From NCBI RefSeq assembly GCF_902713615.1, contig NW_024055479.1, positions 310,001-374,000 of the forward strand: a stretch of DNA of 64,000 nt. Reading direction: 5' to 3'. A program made the position numbers and the translations under genes. The first letter of the stretch is position 1. The number at the start of each line of letters is the position of its first letter. This document shows, piece by piece, positions 22,186 to 35,175 of this stretch. The DNA is from Scyliorhinus canicula. Its lineage: Eukaryota. A model generated the notes under the pieces. The model saw only the letters and a program-made list of their open reading frames with translations. It did not search any database and was not told where the DNA came from.

Positions 22186-25100
22186 AATGAGACAGGAAGG
22201 CGCCGGAGTGTTGAGTCACCGGGCTAGCAGATTGGCTGGTCAAGGGAGTCAGATGGTGGGGGGGAAGCTACAGCCAGTAGATGGCAGGGGTGGGGGTATC
22301 GGGGGATGAGGTGAGGGGAGGGGGGGTTGTTCTGCTTGGGAATGAGACAGGAAGGCGCCGGAGTGTTGAGTCACCGGGCTAGCAGATTGGCTAGTCAAGG
22401 GAGTCAGATGGGGGGGGGGGGGGAGCTACAGCCAGTAGATGGCAGGGGTAGGGGCATCGGGGGATGGGGTTAGGGGAGGGGGGGTTGTTCTGCTGATGGG
22501 AGAGGGACTTGAAATAGACACTGGAAAGGAGGTCGAGGGTGGAGGCAGCCAAAGGGCGGGCCAGGAATGGCGCGACGCACGGACCAGGGGCCGGCCCGAG
22601 TAAGGCTATGGCTGACCGGCGGGGTGGGGGGGGGGGGGGTTGGGATGTGCCCCCCGACCAGGCTGATCACCTGGAACGTCAAGGGACTGAATGGGCCGGT
22701 TAAGAGGGCGCGGGTGTTCGCGCACTTGCGGGCCCTGAGGGCGGACGTAATTATGTTGCAGGAGACACATCTGAAAGTGTCAGACCAGACCAGGCTAAGG
22801 AAGGGCTGGATTAGCCAGGTCTTCCACTCGGACTTGGACTCGAAGTCCAGAGGGGTGGCAATCATGATCAACAAGCGCGTGCAATTTGAGGCAGAGGGCA
22901 TATCCGCAGACAGGGGGGGGCAGATACCTGATGGTACGGGGCAGACTGGAGGGGAGAAGAGTGGTGCTGGTAAATATATATGCCCCGAACTGGGATGACG
23001 TGGACTTCATTAAAAAAGTGCTGGGGAAGATCCCGGACCTGGATTCTCGCAGGTTAATAATGGGAGGGGACTTTAACATGGTCCTTGACCCGACTTTGGA
23101 TCGGTCGTGTCCCAGAACGGGTAGACTCTCAGCAATGGCAAGGGAGCTGAAAGGGTTTATGGAGCAAATGGGGGCAGTGGATTCCCTGGAGAGATAGATA
23201 GCCAACAGGAAGGGGCTACTCGTTTTACTCGCACGTCCATAAAGTATATTCCAGGATAGATTTATTTGTACTAAGCAGGGACTGTATGGGGCAGGTAAAG
23301 AACACGGAATACTCAGCAATTACCATTTCAGACCATGCCCCGCATTGGGTGGACCTGCAGTTCGGGGGAGCGAGTTATCAACGCCCGCAATGGAGGCTAG
23401 ATGTGGGACTGCTGTCGGAGGAGGGGATCTGCGAGAGGCTTCGGAAATGTATAAAAAATTACCTGTAGGTGAATGACACAGGGGAGGTCTCAGCGGCGAC
23501 CTTGTGCGAGGCGCTAAAGGCAGTAGTGCGGGGGGAGCTGATTTCAATTGGGGCCCACAGAGCCAAGGCAGACCGGGCAGAGATGGATAGATTGGTCAGG
23601 GAAATGGGTCGGATAGATGAAGAGCACGCGGAGTCCCTGGAGGAGGTTTTACTCAGGGAGAGGCAGAGGCTACAGGCGGAACTGGGGGCACTATCCACGA
23701 GCAGGGCCGTAGAACAGCTTAGGAAGGCGAGGGGAGTGGTGTACGAGCATGGGGAAAAGGCTAGCAGACTGTTAGCTCAGCAACTCAGGAGGAGGGAGGC
23801 GGCCACGGAAATAGGTAGAGTGAGGGACGAGGGGGGGGGGGCGCAAAGTGGAGGACCCGGCAGAATTGAATAGGGTATTCCGGGACTTCTATCATAAGCT
23901 GTACACTTCGGAGCCGCTGGAAGAACCGGAGGGGATGAAAAGGTTTCTGGACGGGTTAACATTCCCAACAGTTGGTGGGGGGCGAGTGGAAGAGCTGGGG
24001 GCCCCGATTAGAGTAGAGGAGGTATTGGGGGGCCTTAAGGCTATGCAGTCGGGGAAGTCCCCGGGGCCGGATGGATACCCAGTAGAGTTTTATAGGAGGT
24101 TCTCTGAGCTGGTGGGCCCGGTCTTGGCGAGGGTTTTCAATGAGGCAAGGGACAGAGGGACCCTGCCGCCGACAATGTCACAAGCCACCATATCTCTGAT
24201 ATTGAAGCGGGGTAAAGACCCGGAGGCGTCCGGGTCCTACAGGCCAAACTCCCTGATTAATGTAGACACCAAGCTCCTGGCAAAGGTACTGGTGGGTAGA
24301 ATGGAGGACTGTGTACCGGAGGTGATTGGGGAGGATCAATCGGGGTTCGTGAAAGGTAGGCAGCTGGCGACCAATCTGAGGAGATTACTCAATGTGATAA
24401 TGATGCCCCCGGCGGGTAGAGAGGTGGAGGTAGTGGTGGCAATGGACGCCGAGAAGGCCTTTGACCGGGTGGAGTGGGACCATCTATGGGAGGTGCTCAG
24501 ACGGTTTGGGTTCGGGGAGGGATTGGTGGATTAGATCAAATTATTATATCAGGCCCCGAGGGCCAGCGTCAGGACCAACAGAGAAGTGTCGGAGTACTGT
24601 AGGTTGTACCGAGGGACCAGACAGGGCTGCCCGCTCTCCCCACTGCTGTTTGCGCTGGCCATAGAGCCGCTGGCGATTGCGCTGAGAGCCACAGAGGGTT
24701 GGAAGGGGATGGTGAGGGGCAGGGTTGAACACAGGGTTTCTCTTTATGCAGACGACCTGCTCCTGTACGTGTCGGACCAGTGGCCGGGATGGGAACTATA
24801 CTGGGAATGCTGAGGAAGTTCGGCCAGTTCTCAGGATACAAATTAAATACGGTCAAGAGTGAAATGTTTGTGGTCCAGGCAAGGGGCCAGGAGAACAGAT
24901 TGAGAGGGCTACCGTTTTGGCTGGTTGAGGAAAATTTCCGGTATTTGGGAATCCAGGTGGCACGAGACTGGGGCAGGCTGCATAAGTTAAATTTGGCCAG
25001 GGTGGTGGAGCAAATGAAGGGAGAGTTTCGGACATGGGATGGGTCGCTGGCAGGGAGGGTGCAGACTGTAAAGATGACAATCCTCCCTCGATTTTTGTTT

Positions 25101-26646
25101 ATTTTTCAGTGCCTCCCGATCTTTATCCCACAGTCCTTCTTCAAAAGAGTTAACGGGCTGATCATGAGCTTTGTCTGGGCGGGAAAATCCCCGCGGGTAA
25201 AGAAGGTGATGTTGGAGAGGAACCGCAGCGAGGGAGGGCTGGCTTTGCCGAGTCTGGTCAATTATTACTGGGCGGCCAACATCGCTATGATAAGGAAGTG
25301 GATGGTGGGTACGGGGTTCATTTGGCAGCGGGTGGAGGCGGCTTCGTGCAGGGGCTCCAGCTTGGAAGCCCTGGTCACGGCTCCTCTACCGCTGCCGCCG
25401 GCCAAGTACACCACCAGCCCGGTAGTGGTGGCGACCCTGCGGATATGGGGCCAGTGGAGGAGGCATGTGGGAGAGATGGGGGCGTCTGTCTGGGCGCAAA
25501 TCTGCGACAACCATCGGTTTGCCCCCGGCAGTATGGATGGGGGGTTCCGAGTATGGCGGCGAGCAGGGGCGGGAAGGGTGGGTGATATGTTCCTGGAAGG
25601 GAGCTTCACGAGTTTGAGGAGCATGGAGGAGAAATTTGGGTTGGTAAGGGGAAATGATTTTCGATACCTACAGTTGCGGGACTTTGTTCGTAGACAGGTC
25701 CCATCTTTCCCACGCCTCCCGCCAATGGGGATCCTCGACAGAATAGTCTCTAGGAGGGAAGAAGGGGAGGGCAGAGTCGCGGGTATATATAAGGTGCTCA
25801 TGAGGGAGGAAGGGTCCCAGACAGAGGAACTGAAACTTAAATGGGAGGAGGAGCTAGGCGGGGAAATGGAGGATGAGCTGTGGGCAGAGGCCCTGAGTAG
25901 GGTAAACTCGACCGCGACATGTGCTAGGCTCGGGCTGATCCAATTTAAGGTCATTCACCAGGCCCATATGACGGTGGCTCGGATGAGCAAATTTTTCGGG
26001 ATAGAGGACAAATGCGCTAGGTGCGCGGGAGGACCAGCGAACCACGTTCACATGTTTTGGGCATGCCCTAAGCTGAGGGAGTACTGGGAGGGATTTGCGG
26101 GGGTCATGTCCCAGGTGCTAAAAACAAGGGTGGTGATGAGTCCAGGGGTGACAATTTTTGGGGTTTCGGAAGACCCGGGCGTCCAGGGGGAGAAAGAGGC
26201 CGATGTGTTGGCCTTTGCTTCCCTGATAGCCCGGCGATGAATATTATTGGCGTGGAGGGACTCAAAGCCCCCGAAGACTGAGTGGTGGCTTGTGGACATG
26301 TCGAGTTTCCTGGGGATGGAGAAAATTAAGTTCGCCTTGAGGGGATCTGTGCAGGGGTTCACCCGGAGGTGGCAACCATTTATTGACTTCTTTGCGGGAG
26401 AGTGAGTGTCAGCACGTGGGTGGGGGGGGGGGGGGGGGAGGGGGGGGGGTAGAGTTGAGAAGGAGGGAAAATATGGCGGGTAGTACCAGTGGGAGGGGAG
26501 CGGGCTTGTGCAATATGTTACGATGGAAGTATTGAAAGTACGTGGATGTTTGCACATTTGTGCCTTTTTTGCTTTCTTTCTGATGATGTCTGTAACTGTT
26601 TATAAAGCCAAAAACTACCTCAATAAAATTGTTTATTAAAAAAAAA
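22186..26646 (+). mobile_element. 5'-truncated L1-clade LINE, disrupted ORF2, poly(A) tail
   Basis: LITWNVKGLN/QETHL endonuclease, KSPGPDG, LDAEKAFD-like and YADD RT motifs across ORFs 22567-26240; in-frame stops near 23466 and 24532; AATAAA and A-run at 26622-26646; about 150-bp tandem duplication at the 5' end. Confidence 0.9.
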
Positions 26647-27660
26647 CAAGACAAGCAGACTCACACAAGGAAATAAAACACAGTTGGAACCATCATCATA
26701 TGCAGCAGCACATAGTGAGAAGACAGTAACACAGACATGAGGGTATACACTGCCGCCCACATTAGCACACATATATGGGCACACGGAGAAGCACGTTAAC
26801 AGCTTACACACGGATAAAGAAAGACATACATGAAATACAGCAGAGCATTCGGATGCACACAGTTAAATGCAAACATTAGCGTGCTCATACACGAGAGGAC
26901 ACGAAAACACACATTAGTACACAGGGGACGTATATATTTCAAAACATAGTCATATAAATCTATCAATGCATACATACACGTATTAACACATCGACACAGA
27001 CGTATATACGCGCGCATAAACATTCGTATATTGATAGATATGTGGTGCAGAAGGAAACATATCACTACATATATACCAGGCCAGAACACATAAGCGCGCA
27101 TTAACACAACTCTGAATAAATAAACATAGACTTCAATACAAAATATCTCATTCATACAGAAACATAGACAGAAGCACGAAATGCACAAACAATCACACAG
27201 GTTAAAACTCATGGCACATGAACAATGAAATGAACGCTCATAAACACATTTGGACAGACAAACCGTTCAAGGCAAATCACGAGTTAGTTCAGCATTAAAG
27301 ACAAACGACAAGATGAGAGTATATTTCTAATATAACATTTAATGGGCATATTCACCAAAATCTATCCCCATTTAATAATGTTCCCACTAACGCATAAGTG
27401 TTCCATTACCATAAACAACTAAGACAGGAACTGACGTCCGAATTCTTAGCAGAAATATTACAGTTTTCAAATAAGAAGCTCAGTGAACTTCCCTCAATAT
27501 CAATCGTAATAATCTCACATTGTAACAAATTGTTCAAAAATAAACTGAAACTAAATAAAAGCTGCCATGTTTTCGACCCGGACTGTTTGAGGAACGTAAA
27601 GGAAGAAGAGCTGTGTAGACAGTGACAGAGATCGGTTTCTGAGTGGCACGAACTCAGCAG
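26647..27660 (+). repeat. Diverged paralogue of the IgM pre-TM1 intron (about 8486-9870)
   Basis: Shared anchors agacaagcagact, ccacattagcacac..tatggg, taaacatagacttcaa, cagagatcggtt...cacgaactc. Confidence 0.7.
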
Positions 27661-28830
27661 AGTGGGGATAAAGGGATCTTTTTCATGATGGCAGGCGGTG
27701 ACTAGTGGTGTGCCTCAGGGGCCCGTGCTTGGACCACAACTTTTCACAATATACATTAATGATTTGGAAGGAGGAATTGAAGGCACTGTTGCTAAGTTTG
27801 CAGATGATACAAAGATCTGTAGAGGGGCAGATAGTATTGAGGAAGCGGGGGGGGGGGGGGGGGTGGTGCAGAAGAACTTGGACAGGCTAGGAGTGGGCAA
27901 AGAAGTGGCAGATGGAATACAATGTGGGAAAGTGTGAGATTATGCTCTTCGGAAGCAGAAATTGAGGCATAGACTATTTTCTAAATGGGAAGATGCTTAA
28001 GAAATCAGAAGCACAAAGGGACTTGGGACTCCTTGTTCACGATTCTCTTCAGGTTAACGTGTAGGTTCAGTCGGCAGTAGGAAGGCAAATGCAATGTTAG
28101 CATTCATGTCGGAAGGGCTAGAATACAAACCAAGGGTGGACTTCTGAGGCTATATTCCCGTACCAGCCTCCCCAAACAGGCGCCGGAATGTGGCGACGAG
28201 GGGCTTTTCACATTAACTTCATTTTGAAGCCTACTTGTGACAATAAGCGATTTTCATTTCTTAAGGCTCTGGTCAGATCCCATTTGGAGTATTGTGAGCA
28301 GTTTTGGGCACCGTATCTAAGAAAGGATGTGGTGGCCTTGAAAAGGGTCCAGAGGAGGTTCACAAAAATGATCCCTGGAATGAAGAACTTGTATGAGGAA
28401 CGGTTCAGGACTCTGGGTCTGTACCCGTTGGAGTTTAGAAGGATGAGGGGTGATCTTATTGAAACTTACGGGATACTGCGAGGCCTGGATAGTGTCGACG
28501 TGGAGGGGATATTTCCACTTGGAGAAAAACTAGAAGCAGAGAACACTCTCAGACTAAAGAAACGATTCTTTAAACCAGAGATCAGGAGGAATTTCTTCAG
28601 GCAGAGGGTGTTGAATCTGTGGAACTATTTGCCGCAGAAGGCTGTGGAGGCAAAATCACTGAGTGTCTTTAAGACAGAGATGGACAGGGTTTTGATCAAC
28701 AGGTGGATCAGGGGTTATGTGGAGAAGGCAGGAGAATGGGGATGCGAACAATATCGGTCATGATTGAATGGCGGAGCAGACTCGATGGGACGAGTGGCCT
28801 AATTCTGCTCCTATGTCTAATGGTCTTATA
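27660..28830 (+). mobile_element. Decayed CR1 fragment (with tRNA-SINE piece at about 28155-28260) upstream of second TM cassette
   Basis: GVPQGPVLGP, FADD; frameshifts; absent from the first TM copy. Confidence 0.85.
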
Positions 28831-28965
28831 GAAGATGTACAATGATTATTAAATTCGAGAATATATTACTCACTTAAGAAAGATAAAAGGTAATATGTAT
28901 AATAACACAAGATATCCTGGAGGGAAACACAATTTAACTACATTTCCTCGGCTCCATCCTCGTAG

Positions 28966-29093
28966 AAAACACAGACCACACCTGGACGGAAGACTATGAG
29001 GATGATAACGGCAACATCTGGACAACCGCTTCCACATTCATCACCCTGTTCTTCCTGAGCATGTAGTACAGCACAGCCGTTACTCTGGTGAAG
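28966..29093 (+). pseudogene. Second IgM TM1 exon with in-frame TAG
   Basis: ENTDHTWTEDYEDDNGNIWTTASTFITLFFLSM*YSTAVTLVK; TAG at 29064-29066; acceptor cgtAG and donor GTGAGA intact; about 90% identical to 9996..10123 by eye. Confidence 0.9.
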
Positions 29094-29235
29094 GTGAGAA
29101 GATTCAATCCACTCACACTTCAAACTGACAGCAGCAGCAGTTTGAAAACTCATTGAACTTTTCATTGATTAAAAAATCTAACACTAATGCCCGAGATCAC
29201 AAACATCTGCTTCGTTATTTAATCTTCTTTTACAG

Positions 29236-29244
29236 ATTAAGTGA
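29236..29244 (+). pseudogene. Second TM2 exon (Ile-Lys-stop)
   Basis: ttttacAG ATT AAG TGA; intron homologous to 10124-10261. Confidence 0.85.
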
Positions 29245-29351
29245 CCGGTTGATTCTGCGTAATTATGCATCATTAATTGATGCGTAATTCTGAATGCTGG
29301 AATACAAGATTTGTGTTCAAACAGTTTAATGTTTCTGTATCTATTATAAAC

Positions 29352-29357
29352 TTTATT
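29352..29357 (-). terminator. Poly(A) signal of the GPCR gene
   Basis: AATAAA on minus strand about 100 nt past the stop. Confidence 0.6.
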
Positions 29358-29457
29358 TTGTTCAGGACCGTGAATTATTGTGGCTTTATCATCTTACTGT
29401 GCAAGTGTGATTTCATACTTTATCTACTTTGAAACATATTAATAGTCCTTAACTTGA

Positions 29458-30371
29458 TCATGAAGCATCGGTTAATCTAAAGCAACTGCTGAAAATGACG
29501 AAGGGAAAAATGAGCAACTTCTTCAGCTCATTTCGGAACTTGGTCTGGGCTACTGCATAGATGAAGGTGTTGTTGCAGGAACTGAGTAACTGAAGCATGT
29601 TGGACGTTTCTTGAAATATGAAGTGTGGGACATTGAAATTCAGACCGGTGAAGTAGGCCTCACCTGTAACACGAACATATAGGAAATGTCCAACATATGT
29701 GACCCAGAGGAGGAGGAAGCTGAGCGAGATGGAGAAGAGCAGGACAATCGACTTCTTGCGGTTGGCTATCTCTGGATCTCCGTCACTCTCTGAGCCCTTC
29801 AGCCTCCTGCGGGCTCTGCTGGCCTCTACAATGTGCCTTACAGTCAGGGCGTTGAGCATCAGAATAAAGAAGAACGGAAGAAAAGGGGTTAATATGTGGT
29901 CGAGCCAGTCTAAAGCTTGCCACGATGGAATCGTGTAATAGCTGGACTTAATTTCACAGAACCAGGGAATCTCGTCCAATATGTACAAGGGCTGGTAGGT
30001 GAAGTACAAAGGGATGTTCTTGGCGTAGCTCAAGGTAATGACCATTCCTATGACCAGCAGTGCCGTTTTCTCGGTGCAGTATCGGCTCTTCAGTCTCTGA
30101 CAGCAGATGGATACAAAACGGTCGAAGGTGAAGGCCACGGTCAGCCATACTGAACCATCACGGGTCGCATAAACGAGCACGGTGCTGACAGCGCATCCGG
30201 GGGTGATCGATAGGATGCTGTATCTAAAGTAAATGCCACCAATCCGGTTGAGGATAACAGCGGTGACCATGACAAGGAAATCAGTCACTGCTATCGCTAC
30301 CAGGTAGTAGGTGATACACCGAGAGAGTCCGCACCGTCCTCGGGATAGGATGATGATCGCCATCAAGTTGG
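29458..30371 (-). CDS. Class A GPCR (GPR139/GPR142-like shark-expanded family), exon 2
   Basis: Acceptor ttacAG 30373-30372; ANLMAIIILSRGRCGLS..., AVTD in TM2, FTFDRFVSICC (DRY-like), SSCNNTFIY (NPxxY-like); seven hydrophobic segments with exon 1; no stops. Confidence 0.9.
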
Positions 30372-30864
30372 CTGTAATAGAGAAAAGAGAGAGCCGTCAC
30401 TGAGCAGACTCCAAAAACCAGCGACTCCCTGATCCATTCTGCTGCTGAATCCCTCCTGACCTGTCCATTTCGCACCTCCACATTTCAATTATTCCAAAAC
30501 CATTACTACTTGATGCAAATCCAATGCTGGATTAAACGTTTGTCAATTCATCAAATATCACAATCAGTCCCTGCAACAAACTCCGCTCTCTGGCCACTGG
30601 GTCCATTCCCGTGGCTGGCCATCCTCTAAAGTTAGAGACCATTTACAATATTCAAGTCTTGTTTGACGGTGGGATGAACTTCCAAACGCCCACATTCCCA
30701 AACCCGTCGGTCATAAGCACCGACACTGCATACTTCGACATTTCTCCACAGCCTATGGTATCGCCGGTCTGAAAGTCTGCCTTAGCTTAAGAGCTACTCA
30801 AACCCTTATTTACCACTTTCATATGTCTACCCTTCCAATTTGCATCGCCAGTGAACTCAACTGA

Positions 30865-31210
30865 AAGGGGCGGTACGGTAGAATAGTGGTTAGCACAGTT
30901 GCTTCACAGCTCCAGGGTCTGAGGTTCCATTCCCGGCTTGGGTCACTGTCTGTGCAGCGTCTTCACATCTCCCCGTGTCTGCCCGGGTCTCCTCCGGGTG
31001 CTCCGGTTTCCTCCTACATTCCAAAGATGTGCAGGTTAAGTGGATTGGCCATGCGAAATTGCCCTTACGTGTCCAGGAAGGTTGGGTGGTGTTACTGGGA
31101 TTATGGGGATACGGTGGAGGTGTGGGCTTGGGTGGGGTGCTCTTTCCAAGGGCCGGTGCAGACTCGATGGGCCGAGTGGCCTCCTTGTGCACTGTAAATG
31201 CTATGATTCA
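30865..31210 (+). mobile_element. HE1/V-SINE in GPCR intron (second decayed copy 31280-31580)
   Basis: tRNA-like head, core and CR1-like tail. Confidence 0.8.
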
Positions 31211-31962
31211 ATGATCCAAAACTGTTGTTCCTAATGAATAACTCATACCACATCCCGTTCAGCCATTGTAAATGTACTGCCTTCGATCACAGCGCCAGGG
31301 CCCTGGGTTCAATTCTGACCTTGGGTTACTGTCTGTGGAGTTTTTACTTTCTCACTGTGTCTGTGTGGTTTCCTCTGGGTGCCTCTCACAGCCCAACGAT
31401 GTGCAGTTTAGCTGGATTGGCTATTCTAAATTGCCCCTCAGTGTCTAAAGCAGATGTGTAGGTTAGGTGAGGCTAAGGGGTTATTGGGAAAGCGCAGGGG
31501 ACTGAGCCAGTGCGCAGTACTCTTTTCAGAGTTTGGTACATGTTCGAATCGCCTCCATTTGAACTGATTCTATGATTGCCTAACAAAGCCTATATTTCAG
31601 CATTCTCTTGATTGTTTCACTTACCTCATGCGGCTTATTAGACTAGTCCCTCCCCATTCCTGTGCCATCCTGCAGCTCAATAACGATTTGTAGCAAATGT
31701 GTTGCACTGTTTAACAATATAACGTCCGCACAATGCTAAACATTATAACTCATATTTCTGCAGTCTAATAAATAATTGTTCTATCAGTGTGAAGGGCAAT
31801 TTATTGACCATTTATTGTCCTGCCCTGTAATACAAAATTAAGTAATGCACTCTAATATATCGTAATGCAATAAACTTTTCAGCACGATCCTTAAAGGGAA
31901 GAGATAAGAATTCTGGAGATTCAGAAGAAAAATAAATATTGCAGTTGAGATTCCGCTCTTAC

Positions 31963-32032
31963 CTGGGACACCAATAATAGCGAGTGCCGGGTAATAAATG
32001 GCAGAAAATGGTCCATTCGCTGGTCCATGCAT
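31963..32032 (-). CDS. GPCR exon 1 (MHGPANGPFSAIYYPALAIIGVP)
   Basis: ATG 32032, donor G|GTAAG; phase 1 joins exon 2 as GVP-ANL; 327 aa total. Confidence 0.85.
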
Positions 32033-32104
32033 CGCCTTTCAGGAACCAATTGAATTCTGCAAGGTGCACATACTAGGTCTGCAAGACTTCCAAAGGGTCC
32101 CTCA

Positions 32105-32110
32105 TTTATA
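32105..32110 (-). promoter_or_regulatory. Candidate TATA box of GPCR gene
   Basis: TATAAA on minus strand about 70 nt upstream of the ATG. Confidence 0.45.
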
Positions 32111-33111
32111 CCAGTGAGAGTCTCCAGAGGGGCAATTAAATTCCAACATGTACTTTAGTTACAGATCGGTGAATAAACAAATTAAGAGACGAGTACATGC
32201 CTTTCATTTGTTCCCTGGGGTGAACTGCTGACTGCAACTTTTGCGGTCCCTCCCAGCCCCAAGATAATTCTCTGTGCCTCCATCAATCAAAACACCTCTT
32301 GTTAACTCTGAGCTGAAGTCTGATCTCTGATAAAAATCTGTCTCTTTCAATATCTGACATATTGTGCTTTTAGTTGACGGATACGTTGACGTGGTTTGCG
32401 TATTTGTAAGTGTTCTGGTGTTTAGTGCTGTATTGATACACAAATATTGAAATATATTTGCGAGGAAAGAACTTGAAATAACTAATCGCAAACATGGGAG
32501 GACGTATGAGGTCGAACCGATCGCAGGCAAATGCTGCACCGTGTGCACACAGCAGACCCCTTTGTTTATCCTCGGAAACCATACATACTGTAAGTGCCTT
32601 CAGATGTTCCAGTATGAATTTTAAGTTTCTAGTGAAGAAACAATTGATACCTGGCTGGTGGAATATCAATTCCGATAACATTGGAGCAAGTAATTACCGA
32701 GACATGACTCATACGCAATAGCAACAAGTGCAGTGAAAATGGAGGCACGATCCATAAAATCTAGAAATGAACATTTTTCGGACAGTGGGCTTGCAGGCAA
32801 AATTACTGAATATATATAAGAAGGAAATAGAACACTAAAGGTGTCAAACCGTGTGGAAAATGTGCTGGGGTATAGTTTTGGTAGAGAACCCATTGTGAAC
32901 ACGTTGGATGGAGGAAACGGCTCGAAGGGCCTAATGGCCTTCTCCTACTACTATCTAAAATGTTTTTATATTTCGATGATGCACGGTGCTGTGTGGTATT
33001 ACCTGAGATTGCACCTTGTAAACTACAGAGGCATTGTCTAGCTTAGTGTATCATTTCATTATAATATGAAAGCAAATTACTGCGGATGCTGCAATCTGAA
33101 ACACAAGAGAT

Positions 33112-33273
33112 AATGCTGGAAAATCTCAGCAGGTCTGGCAGCATCTATCGGGAGAGAAAAGAGCTAACGTTTCGAGTCGAATGACTCTTTGTCAAAGCAG
33201 TCGTTCGACTCGAAACGTTAGCTCTTTTCTCTCCCTACAGATGATGTCAGACCTGCTGAGATTTTCCAGCATT
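33112..33273. repeat. Palindromic repeat, about 70-bp arms, 22-nt loop (Penelope-like remnant)
   Basis: aatgctggaaaatctcagcaggtctg...tttcgagtcgaa mirrored by ttcgactcgaaa...cagacctgctgagattttccagcatt. Confidence 0.7.
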
Positions 33274-33959
33274 TTCTCTTTTATTTCATTATAGTAGGTG
33301 CAGTATCAGTTACTGCTGTAACACACCATGCCACTGCTCATATCGCACTTGATTTGGCCACTGTTTATACTACACTGTGTTACGTTATCAATACTCCACG
33401 AGGGAGGCATGGTGGTGACAAGATCTAATGCAATATAAAAATACATATGGTCTCGTGGACTTTATTTTTAATTTTTCAAATCAAGTGGTAATTTAGCATG
33501 GCCAATTCACCTATCCTGCACATGTAATGAAAATGAAATGAAATCGCTTATTGTCACGAGTAGGCTTCAATGAAGTTACTGTGAAAAGCCCCTAGTGGCC
33601 ACATTCCGGCGCCTGTTCAGGGAGGCTGGTACGGGAATCGAACCGTGCTGCTTGGTAAGCCAGCGATTTAGCCGAGTGAGCTAAACCAGCCCCTGTTTGG
33701 GTTGGGGTGAGATCCACGCAGACACGCGGAGAATGTGCAAACTCTATACAGCAGTGGCCCCGGCGGTTCGAACCCAGGTCCTCAGCGCCGTGCGGTAGCA
33801 GTGCTAACCACTGCCCCAGCATGTCGCCCTCGTGGAGTATCAATAACAACTGTCCCACCGGACCCCCAGGTCTCGCTGCATTTCCCAGTTTCCTAAACTG
33901 CCATCATTCAGAGAATAATCTGCCTTCTTGTCTTTGCCACCAAGGAGGGTAACCTCACA

Positions 33960-34640
33960 TGTACAGTCGTTGGAGATTGGCATGCAGGTACAGCAGGCGA
34001 CGAGGAAAGCCTATGATATGCTGGCCTTCAGATAGAGAAGGTTTGAGCACAGGAGATGGGATTGCTTTCAAAAGTTATATGGAGCCTTGGTGAGGCCGCA
34101 CCTTGAGTATTGTGTGTAGTTTTAGTTTGAGGAAGGACATTCTTGCTTTTGAGCATGTCCAACGAAAGTTCACCAGACTAATTTCCGGGATGGCAGGCCT
34201 GACATATGAAGAAATACTGGATCGGCTGGGTTTGCACTCACTGGAGTTGAGAAGAATGAGAGGGGATCTGATAGAAACATATACAATCCTGATGGGACTG
34301 CACGGGCCAGATGCGGGACGAATGTTCCCGATGTTGGGACTAGGGGGTCACAGCCCAAGTATAAAGAATGAGCCGTTCAGCACTGAGATGAGGCAGAACT
34401 TCTTCTCTTAGAGAGTTGTCAACTTGTGGAATTCTCGACCACAGAAAGCCGTGGGGGCCAGTTCGTTGGATATATTCAAGAGGGAGCTGGACGTGGCCCT
34501 TGCGGCTAAAGGGAGCGAGGGGAATGGAGAGAAAGTGGGAGTGTGAGATGGAATTTGCATTATCAGCCATGAACATTTGAATGGTGGTGCAGGCTCGAAG
34601 AACCGAATGGTCTACTCCTGTTTTTCTATGTTTCTATGTT
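33960..34640 (+). mobile_element. Decayed CR1 3' fragment
   Basis: HLEYCV, RRMRGDLIETY text and (tttctatg) tail. Confidence 0.8.
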
Positions 34641-34689
34641 GATATATATCAGTGACCGAACACATGCAGATATGAAGTTGAAGAGATTT

Positions 34690-35175
34690 AAACACAGGTT
34701 TGTGAGAAAATGGAACCTGTTGCCACATGGAGCTTGGAGCAGAGAGTATTGATACATTTATGGGCAGACTTGGAAATACTGGAAAGAGAACAGTCTAGAC
34801 GGACACAGGGAGCTGGATGGAAATGGTCAGTTAGATGTCGGGCGGGAGGGGACAGTCTGGTCTGGAGTATATGCGCAGACACAATTTAGTTGGGCCGAAT
34901 GGTCTATTCCTCTCCCCCAATTTCTATACTATGTAAACCACAGAGAATACTGCGTGCAGACAACCACGGAGAGAATCAGTCATGGGCGGAAAGAATTGAA
35001 AATGTCAGAGAGCCGGAAGAGGCAGTTCCCAGTGAGTAACAGTAAAACCCACTGCGGAAACTGAGCAGACTGAACCCAACCGACAACTCAGAGACTTTGG
35101 GACAAGTTCCCACGATTACAAGAAACACAAACAGCAAGTTTAAATACATAAATTTAAAGAGAAACGGAGAAAAAA
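34690..35175 (+). repeat. Left arm of inverted repeat pair
   Basis: Reverse complement of 37512..38030; core 34989-35120 highly similar. Confidence 0.85.
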
